A stretch of 10,781 nt of DNA from a bacterium (GTDB taxonomy: Bacteria > SZUA-182 > DTGQ01): positions 1 to 10,781 of the forward strand of contig JBFMGO010000150.1 in assembly GCA_040752695.1 (NCBI GenBank), read 5' to 3'. The position numbers were made by a program, and so were the translations under genes. The notes below the pieces were generated by a model, which ran no database searches, was not told where the DNA came from, and saw only the letters and a program-made list of their open reading frames with translations. Shown in pieces: positions 1 to 7,400 of the stretch; position 1 is the stretch's first letter; each line of letters begins with the position of its first letter.

Positions 1-15
1 GGAAGGACAATTCAT
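1..15 (-). CDS. 5' end of a divergently transcribed gene running off the window (MNCPS...), possibly with an N-terminal CxxC zinc ribbon
   Basis: The minus strand reads AAAAGGAG (29..22), a 6-nt spacer, then ATG AAT TGT CCT TCC. The Shine-Dalgarno is strong and well spaced, and M-x-C-P-x-(C) is a common zinc-ribbon start. Only 5 codons are visible. Confidence 0.45.
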
Positions 16-381
16 TATTGGCTCCTTTTCAGAAGTTTTATCGCTTAGAAGTAACTCTAATGAATTGTCGTCTACTTTCCTCACTCTATCCGGAAAAATC
101 CTCCAGCATTACTTGTTTATCACTACCGCTTTTTGTATGTATTATCTGTTGCAGTATACTCGATTGAAAACCGCTCCATAAATATCCCCTCGATCCTTGA
201 AGTCATCTGTCTGAAAAGTTAGCTATAGGAGATATCTTCCATAAAAGCCGAAAAGTAATCTACCTCATTAAAAACCTCACTGAACGAAATAAAGGGTATT
301 CCAATGAAAATGGTCTGTTTCATCGAGTCCAAAAGGTGAGTATTTTGTATTCACTGTAATGAGTTCAGTGACTTAAACGCT

Positions 382-387
382 TATAAT
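382..387 (+). promoter_or_regulatory. Candidate sigma70-type -10 element for the 587..3727 gene
   Basis: Perfect TATAAT in the AT-rich intergenic region, about 200 nt upstream of the ATG. The matching -35 position (ATGAGT, 359..364) is a poor match. Confidence 0.3.
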
Positions 388-573
388 GAAAGGATTGGGC
401 GAACCTGAAAGCGAAGTTTGAGACACTGGATAAAACCGGCCGGCAGGCTGAAGAATACTATCCCTGTCTACCATGACCTTAATCATGACTTCTGAAGAAG
501 ATGCAATAAATTACCCTGTATTATCCAGGGGATAGCCTTACAGGATTTTAAGGTGAATAAACTATAGGTAAAC

Positions 574-579
574 AGGAGG
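574..579 (+). promoter_or_regulatory. Ribosome binding site
   Basis: AGGAGG 7 nt upstream of the ATG at 587. Confidence 0.85.
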
Positions 580-586
580 AAAGTCA

Positions 587-3500
587 ATGAAAGCCAGGTT
601 AGCAGGCACTATTTTGTATTTTTTCCTTATTACTCTCATTCTGTTTTCGTTTCAGGGGCGAGTGGTCAATGTCCAGGCAGAAGAAGGTAATCCCTACCAG
701 TGGGTGGAATTATCTTCGCAGCCAGGCAGCAAAACCCTTATCCTTGAAGACGACAGTTACCAAACACTGGATCTTGGGGATATCGGATTTCATTTTTCTT
801 TTTTCGACAAAACGCTGACCCAGCTAAAAGTCTCTTCCAATGGATACCTTACCTTCGACGACAATATCGCTGTTCAGTGGAATAATGATCCATTGGCTGA
901 TCCGGGTGATCCCACAAGAGCCTATTCCCGGAATCCCTGGGATGTTATTGCTCCCTTCTGGACCGACCTTGATCCCAAGGCAGGGGGGGCAGTTTATTAC
1001 TTTCTCGATACTGCAAGCAACCCGGCCCGGTTCATTGTCGAGTGGTACGATATTCCCATGCACTACTATGCAGGAGGTGCTCCTTTGGATACCGTTACCT
1101 TTGAGGTAATCTTTTATGAGGAGAAAAATGACATCGTATTTCTCTACAAGGATGTTATGACGCAGAACGAACGCTCCACCCGTGGTGGTTCGGCCACTGT
1201 CGGGCTAAAGTACCAGGACCGGATAGCAAGACAGTACTCCCATAATGCGAAAGATGCGCTCAGTGATGGCCTGGTTATCGTTTTTCCTGGGACCGAAGAT
1301 TACATCCCCCGCTCATCACAGTGGTCAGGCACTAACTCAAGCGGTATTAATCCAGACGGCGCTAACCCAGGCGGCACCACACAAGGCAGCACTAATCCGG
1401 GCGGCACAACGGGGTCTGGCGGTGCTACACCTGGAGACCAGCCATCCACGGGAGGGGGCCAGGCGAATGAGCCGATTATCGAGGGTGTTCATCCGGCGCC
1501 CAATTCTACTGACGTGGCGGTCAATGCAAAGATTACCATGAATATAAGGGCCAATAGCGCACCAGTGGACAGGGATTCTATCCACCTGTTCGTTGACGGG
1601 CAGGAAATCCCTCAGCAGGCAGTCACACTTGACTGTGCCCAGGGCAACTGCACGCTCGGCTATATGCCAGTCATACTCTTTGAGTGCTCAACCATGGTGC
1701 CGGTAAGGATTGAGGCCAGTGACCAGGCAGGCCATAAGGCAACGTTCAACTACTTTTTCTATACTCAGGATTCCTGCAAGCCGTACGTAGAAAGCAGCGA
1801 TCCTCCTGACCATTCATGTATAGCGGCCGATGCCACCCTTACCTTTATCATAAGCGATGTCGGATCTGGTGTGGATATCCGGCCTGCATCCTGGCACCTG
1901 TTCGTTAACGGCCGTGAAGTCACCGATGTTTCCATCCTTCCGAATGGCTTGGGATGTACTATCTCCTACACGCCGATGAGTCCCTTTGAAGAAAACAAGC
2001 ATATTTCGGTGAGGTTAACTGCCAAGGACACGGCCTCTCCGCCGAACAGCATGGAGGCCGATTTTGAGTATAATACAGTTTGCGGTAATGAATGGACCGG
2101 TTATGAATGGACCAACTTCCCAATAAATAGTCCGGTATCCGATCTGGCTGTGGATAAGAATGGCAGATTCTGGGTGGCTACTTTTGGGGGAGGATTGTTT
2201 ACCTACTCTCCCAAATCTGGCGCAGCCCCGTCGGATCCGAATTATTGGACCGATTGGACCTCTCATCCCTACACTGTTCAGAATGCGGGCCTGCCGAGCA
2301 ATTTCATTACCAACCTGGCTGTTGATCCGCAAGGAGGGTATATCTGGCTCTTAAGCCAGCCTGATACATGCTCAGGCGCAGGGACTGGCGCAGGATCAGG
2401 CACCGGTGCTGGATCGGGGTGCGGCGTAGCCAAGTTTGATCCTGCCCTGGGACGGGTGACTGGATTCTTTCCGAGGGGCCAAAACGGGCTGCCCGATGAT
2501 CCTGTTCAAGATATAGTCATTGATTCTCAAGGATGTGTCTGGATCGCGACCCGGAGTAACGGGGTTCTCCGGCTGGAAAGTAATCAATGGCAGGTTATGT
2601 TCGATGCCAGTCATGGCCTGACAAACGACTGGATCAAAGCTATAACGCTGGACGACGAGGGCAATAAGTGGATTGCTACACAATGGGGAGATATCTTTAA
2701 GTTTAGCGCAGCCAATCAACTGGTTTACAGTTCTGTCAATGACAGCTCTTTCCTGCCAGCCTATGGGCTCACCATAAATTCTCTCACCTACGATCCCGTA
2801 GAAGACACTCTCTGGGTAGCCGCTGAGGAGGGGGCGTATAAATACCATGCCAATCAGTGGACCAGAGTAACCGGCCTGCCGAGCAATAACATCTATATGA
2901 TTTTCCCGGTTACCGGCAGCGACTATCCAGGCGAGCGGTACTGGTTTGCTACCGATCAGGGCATTTTTGCCACTACTGACTGGAGTTCATGGGAGAGCCC
3001 GGTCAGCCTGGGGCCATACTCTCCTTCGTCTGAGCAGATACGGTACATTCAGATAGATATCTATGGCAATTTATGGTTTATTACGGATAGCGGGGTCAGC
3101 AAGTACGATCGCATTCCTCCTGTAGTGGTCAGCATTATGCCGGATGCAAGTGCCTCTGAAGTCAGCCTTTCCCAGGATGTGACCATTACCTTCAATGAGC
3201 CGATGGATTGGGAGTCTCTTACGAATAATATCACCATCACTCCGCATGATCCGAACTGTGTACCCAAACCATCGACGGACCTGACTTCGATCACTTTCCA
3301 GGCTCCAAAGGCTGGTCTGAAGCCAAAGACTACCTACCAGATCATCGTTGGCCAGGATGTTAAGGATATTTCCGGAAACCGGATCAGTTCGGCGAAGACC
3401 AGTTCTTTCATGACCAAGGCTGCGCCAACGAAGCCGCCGGAAAAACCGAATATGAATGATTACTATTTTACCTATCAATTCCCCTATTCAAGTCTCTGGT

Positions 3501-3727
3501 GGCCACTGAATAACTCGTCATGGTGGTGGACTAAGTATAATACTTCAGGTTGGTGGCCGACATACGGCTATGCTTACAACAGCGTCAGCTTACCCTCCAG
3601 CTATACCGGAGCGGGCAATACTTCGCTATTCAATACAAATAACTGGATCGGCTCTGGTTCGCAATTCACTCCTGATTACGGGACAGACAAATGGACAGAC
3701 TGGATGTTTCGTGCGGGCATTTATTAG
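587..3727 (+). CDS. Secreted multidomain protein: Sec signal peptide, nidogen (NIDO)-like domain, Gly/Thr linker, 2 Ig-like domains, two-component-regulator-type beta-propeller (Reg_prop-like), Big_5/SbsA-like Ig domain, Trp/Tyr-rich tail
   Basis: 1046-aa ORF with a strong RBS. Signal peptide MKAR + hydrophobic core + VQA|EE. NIDO-like motifs GFHFSFF...VSSNGYLTF...IAPFWTDL...FIVEW...TFEVIF (~695-1285). Ig-like units starting PIIEGVHP and PYVESSDP (~1470-2080). Repeated GLPSNxI / DxxGxxWIAT blades (~2090-3105). DRIPPVVVSIMP...ITFNEPMD...LKPKTTYQIIV...VKDISGN...SFMT resembles Big_5 (~3107-3415). Confidence 0.9.
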   Translation: MKARLAGTILYFFLITLILFSFQGRVVNVQAEEGNPYQWVELSSQPGSKTLILEDDSYQTLDLGDIGFHFSFFDKTLTQLKVSSNGYLTFDDNIAVQWNNDPLADPGDPTRAYSRNPWDVIAPFWTDLDPKAGGAVYYFLDTASNPARFIVEWYDIPMHYYAGGAPLDTVTFEVIFYEEKNDIVFLYKDVMTQNERSTRGGSATVGLKYQDRIARQYSHNAKDALSDGLVIVFPGTEDYIPRSSQWSGTNSSGINPDGANPGGTTQGSTNPGGTTGSGGATPGDQPSTGGGQANEPIIEGVHPAPNSTDVAVNAKITMNIRANSAPVDRDSIHLFVDGQEIPQQAVTLDCAQGNCTLGYMPVILFECSTMVPVRIEASDQAGHKATFNYFFYTQDSCKPYVESSDPPDHSCIAADATLTFIISDVGSGVDIRPASWHLFVNGREVTDVSILPNGLGCTISYTPMSPFEENKHISVRLTAKDTASPPNSMEADFEYNTVCGNEWTGYEWTNFPINSPVSDLAVDKNGRFWVATFGGGLFTYSPKSGAAPSDPNYWTDWTSHPYTVQNAGLPSNFITNLAVDPQGGYIWLLSQPDTCSGAGTGAGSGTGAGSGCGVAKFDPALGRVTGFFPRGQNGLPDDPVQDIVIDSQGCVWIATRSNGVLRLESNQWQVMFDASHGLTNDWIKAITLDDEGNKWIATQWGDIFKFSAANQLVYSSVNDSSFLPAYGLTINSLTYDPVEDTLWVAAEEGAYKYHANQWTRVTGLPSNNIYMIFPVTGSDYPGERYWFATDQGIFATTDWSSWESPVSLGPYSPSSEQIRYIQIDIYGNLWFITDSGVSKYDRIPPVVVSIMPDASASEVSLSQDVTITFNEPMDWESLTNNITITPHDPNCVPKPSTDLTSITFQAPKAGLKPKTTYQIIVGQDVKDISGNRISSAKTSSFMTKAAPTKPPEKPNMNDYYFTYQFPYSSLWWPLNNSSWWWTKYNTSGWWPTYGYAYNSVSLPSSYTGAGNTSLFNTNNWIGSGSQFTPDYGTDKWTDWMFRAGIY
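1362..1410 (+). repeat. 30-bp-spaced coding duplication (NPGGTT x2) in a Gly/Thr linker
   Basis: ctaacccaggcggcaccac (1362..1380) and ctaatccgggcggcacaac (1392..1410). Confidence 0.7.
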
Positions 3728-3736
3728 CTGACCGGT

Positions 3737-3768
3737 GGAGATAGGAGTGACAGGAGATAGGAGTGACA
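3737..3768 (+). repeat. Perfect 16-bp tandem duplication just after the stop codon
   Basis: GGAGATAGGAGTGACA at 3737..3752 and 3753..3768, bracketed by ACCGGTG at 3731..3737 and 3768..3774. Confidence 0.9.
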
Positions 3769-3853
3769 CCGGTGAATGGCTTGTATCTGCGGTTGAGTCG
3801 CGGGTAGGGCGCGGGGTAGATTACAGGGAGGTTGCAAGAAGATTGCCACAGAA

Positions 3854-3884
3854 GGAGGGGCGGCCATGTGCAAGCCGCCCCTCC
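3854..3884. terminator. GC-rich stem-loop between convergent genes; probable terminator or 3' stabilising hairpin
   Basis: GGAGGGGCGGC (3854..3864) and GCCGCCCCTCC (3874..3884) form a perfect 11-bp stem with a 9-nt loop, 2 nt after the restored DUF2283 stop. There is only a weak U-tract (TTCTGT) on the minus strand and none on the plus strand. Confidence 0.6.
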
Positions 3885-3886
3885 CA

Positions 3887-4088
3887 TTACACAGTCTCGA
3901 AATTGCAGGCTCTTGAGCATATGCAGGGGAACCCGTTTGCTCAAACCCAAGATTTCAATTCCAATGACATTATCGTTGGCATCATAGTCAAGAATCACAC
4001 CCGGTTTAATCTCCTCGGAATCAACAATAGCTGATTCATCCAGCTGAAAATACAAAACATCATTTTTTTCATCTATCTTAAGCCTCAT
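3887..4088 (-). pseudogene. DUF2283-family small protein (putative antitoxin partner) with an apparent 1-nt insertion near its 3' end
   Basis: MRLKIDEKNDVLYFQLDESAIVDSEEIKPGVILDYDANDNVIGIEIL matches the DUF2283 pattern (DxxxDxLY...SEE...GVILDxD..G.V.GIEIL). RBS AAGGAG at 4100..4095. Removing one T from CAA TTT CGA GAC TGT GTA A gives Q-F-E-T-V-stop (66 aa), ending right before the hairpin. As given, the ORF runs on to 3666. The core domain is intact, so it may still be functional. Confidence 0.75.
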
Positions 4089-4337
4089 GGCGATCTCCTT
4101 ATTCTACGATCAAAAAAAAGAGAGTTATAATCTGCTGGGCGGAGCGGCATTCGGATTCACAACAACGCGCAGACATCGTCCTCCACGTTCCTTAATTGCC
4201 TTGATAAAATGAACCGTGCCGTCATCCTTGATTTCCCTCTTCTCGGGATCTTCCATGGTTGATTCCACCCACGATTCTTTTATGTTTCGTTCTTTTAACA
4301 TATCATAAGCATGATCGGAAAACACATATTTTTTCAT
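4085..4337 (-). pseudogene. DUF4258-family protein (putative RelE-like toxin), frameshift-truncated
   Basis: MKKYVFSDHAYDMLKERNIKESWV...P...GGRCLRVVVN matches DUF4258 (FSxHA..xxxERxI...LRVV). There is an in-frame stop at 4127..4125, but the expected ending is present in shifted frames (IITLFF, then DRRIRRSP*). Its TGA (4087..4085) overlaps the DUF2283 ATG as ATGA. Confidence 0.72.
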
Positions 4338-4406
4338 GAATTAACCATTTTTCACTGCAATCCATTCTCACCGTAATTCATATTCCGTATTCTCTTACAC
4401 TCATTT

Positions 4407-7400
4407 TCAGAATGAGTATGGGAAAGATAAAAATCCGGAATAAGAAGAAGAGACGATGCTGCCTGCGGCACCTGAGGAGAGCAGGGAAGGCCCCCAGTCG
4501 CCAAACCAGCCATAATTGGCCGGATATGCATAGTTGTTGTATGACGGGGCCGAGTAATTGCCGGAACCTGAAGGCAGCCAGTAACCGCCCGAAGGTGCCG
4601 GGTAACCGCCCGAAGGTGCCAGGTAATTTCCGGATGTGTTGAACGAACCAAACGGGCCGTATGAACTAATCGAGCCATATGGGCTGTATGAACCAAACGA
4701 GCCGTATAAGCCATATGAGCTGTACGAGTTGTATGCACCAAACAAGCCAAATGAACCGGATGAGCCGGATGAGCCGGGTAAGCCGAATGAGCCGCTCGCC
4801 GTGCCGAACAGGCTGGATGAGCCAAGCGGGTTGCCGGAGCCGGGCAAGCCGAAGGCTGGTGTGAGCGCTGTAGAGAAGCCCGAAGAAGGCGAAGGAATTG
4901 TGACAGGGAGTGGTAATGGCGTCCATCCGCTCCCCGTTATCGGCTGCGGCCATGTCGCAGGGGGCGGAGGAACATAAGCCGAGACCGTATAGACCTCCTT
5001 CCTTATGGTTCCCTGGTTGCCATAAGAGTCAACAGCCAGGATTTTCAGGGTGGTACTGCCCGAGAGCTTTATGGGATCGGCATAGATGCTCGACTTGAGT
5101 GTCGGACTTGAGCCATCGGTCGTATAGTAAAGAAGAACTGTACTTTTTTCTGTTCCTTCTTCTGTCTGTTCATCCGTACCGAGAGTAACGGTTGGAGAGG
5201 TTTGGTAGGAGCCTCCGACAGGAGCAACGGTAATACCGGGTGCTTTGGTGTCAAGGGGGAATGGTGTGCTTTCGGCCTCGGCCAGGCAGTTTCCGGATTG
5301 CTCGTCATCGGCTTTGATCCTGATCCGGCAATCGGCAAGGTATTTCCCGGCTGCATCGCTTTGAGCGCCCCACACAGCGGTCAGGTTCGATCCTGTGGGC
5401 TGAGTGCCGCTTCCCGTCACGGTCTGGCAATCCTTCCATCGGGAGCCGTCCCAGTATTGAAAGAGTATTTTTACCTCGGACTGTTCCTGATCGAGACAGC
5501 TATAGGTGATGACAACAGAGCCGCCATTCTGTTGACCGGCCATTCTCTGACTGGCTGATAAGACTTCGACCTGCGGGGGGGTATTGGCCGTAGTCTCAAA
5601 GACCAGAGTAATCGAATCAGCTTTTCCATAGGGAGGATTGAGTGCCCTAACTGTACAGGAGCCTTGAGGCGGTATTTCACCCTGGAGAATCGCGTTGATC
5701 CGGGTTCCTGAGGAGTTGACCTCACTGGTCCGGGCATGCCAGGAGTCCGGTCTGGTGAAAATATCAAGCCCTGCTGATCCTGAAGCGAGGTAGAGGTATT
5801 CAGCACTGAAAGAGAGTCCAAGGGCCTGGCTCCGGGCAGGCAGCTTTATGCTGGTCATAAGCGAAGGATAGGCCGGATAGGTGATATCGATGACCTGTAA
5901 GGTGGATGAGCTATCCACTACATAGGCGCAGCCCTCAAAAACGGTGACTGCAACAGCAGAACCCGGTATGGTGCAGCCTGCAACCAGGACAGGATCTTCG
6001 GGCTGGCTGACATCAACGGCCAAAAGGCCCGAATATCCGGCTGCCAGATACACGTAATTCCCCTGGCCGCAGATCCCATAGGTCCAGTCCGGAGTAGCAA
6101 GGCTCCCTTTGAGGACCGGCTGATCTGGCTGGCTGATATCGATAATCTGGAGTCCCTCCCACTCGTCAGCCACATAGACCAGATTTCCCTGTGCCCATAC
6201 TCCATTGCTGTACCCCGGCGTATTATAGGTGCCCTTCACCACCGGTTGACCATCAGGCTGGCTGAGAACCAAAAGGCCCGAATACCCGGCAGCCACACAA
6301 GGGTACTGGCCGGCCATGCAGATGTCAAGAGCATTGAAACTACTTGTTGGAACAGCACAGGCCAAAAACGGCTGATCTGGCTGGCTGATATCGATTATCA
6401 GAATCCCCGACCGTCCGGCAGCCAGGTAAGCATAATTCCCTAGGATGCATACTCCTGAAGCTTCGCCTGCCCCTAAAGCGTATCCGCCCACTTCCAGGGG
6501 AGGCTCCTGACCGTAAATGCCGATCAGGGTGGATGCGGTAAGATTCTGCCCGCTTACGGCTATGGCCGCGGTTCCATCCGTGGTCCACCAGGGCCGGATA
6601 GATTCAATGACAGGCTTTCCTTGAGCATTGCCGGAATCAAGTGCACAGAGACATTTTCCCCCTTGAGCATCGGTACAGAATGCAGGATGATCAGGGTCAG
6701 GGCCCACCTCAAAACCGTCCGACTTTCCGTCCTGGTCAGTATCGGTGCTGGTAGAGCTGGTCTTCAGGCTGAAATACTCCTTGCCGTCAGGCAGTCTATC
6801 CCCATCGCTGTCAAGTTCAAGAGCGTCGATCAGGCCATCAGCGTCGCTGTCCAGAGGATGCTGTACATCGGAGCCCCATTCAAGTCCGTCATCGAGACCG
6901 TCTCCATCCGTATCCTTCAGGCAGGGGTCAGTGCCCCAGTGGTATTCGGCCAGGTTATCGATTCCATCCCCATCCGGGTCACCACTGGCTCCATGGCCGG
7001 AATCGGCTGTAGCGGCCGGTGTACTGGCGTCACAGGGATCGAGACAGGAGTGGCTTCTTTCATATCCGTCCGGCAGCCCGTCGCCATCCGAATCAGGATT
7101 ATCGACCTTCGGACAGTCTGAAGTCTCCAGACGGTTTGGCAGGCCGTCTTTATCCTCATCAAGGTCAGGATCGAGGAATCTGGCCAAAAGCCAGGAAGCG
7201 GACCCTGAAATTTCAAGCCCCATCCGTTCCGTGTCCTGAATGGACAAATGAACCTCTTCAGCCTGGTCGTCGGTCAGATTGAGCACCACCTTTCCGCCTT
7301 GAGTCTGAACCTTAGCCTGATTTCGGCCACTGTTCAACTGAAGCACCGTGCCGGTTACGGCGTTCGGATCAAAGGCAGCAGAGCCGCTGACCGATATGGT

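Noticed and set aside
397..455. GGGCGAACC...GAAA resemblance to a c-di-GMP-I riboswitch
   Set aside because: I could not build the P2 stem around GAAA or find the GACGCAAA-type junction and tetraloop receptor. A cmscan run would be needed to settle it.
2090..3105. Reg_prop repeats suggesting a hybrid two-component sensor kinase
   Set aside because: No Y_Y_Y domain, transmembrane helix, kinase or receiver domain follows. The propeller is part of a fully exported protein.
824..3478. Short alternative-frame and antisense ORFs inside the 1046-aa gene
   Set aside because: Nested within a well-supported CDS, with no recognisable protein features.
3802..3828. Four G-tracts (GGG-TA-GGG-CGC-GGGG-N9-GGG), possible G-quadruplex
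   Set aside because: A single marginal motif with a long third loop and nothing supporting function.
3666..3886. C-terminal extension of the 140-aa ORF 3666..4088
   Set aside because: Read-through caused by the apparent extra base near 3901. It crosses the hairpin and overlaps the convergent gene, and the DUF2283 domain ends at about residue 66.
3735..4034. 99-aa plus-strand ORF
   Set aside because: GTG start with no RBS, antisense to DUF2283, spans the hairpin and shows no recognisable motif.
4410..4470. Terminal Phe suggesting an autotransporter or outer-membrane beta-barrel
   Set aside because: The preceding ~190 aa are Pro/Gly/Ser low-complexity sequence without amphipathic beta-strands, so no barrel is evident.
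4352..4977. Repetitive ORFs 4352..4825 (-, His/Ala-rich AHx repeats), 4636..4977 (+, EPx repeats), 4679..4864 and 4666..4953
   Set aside because: These are shadow frames of the 9-bp-period repeat in the giant gene's tail. They overlap the 2124-aa CDS and have no independent support.
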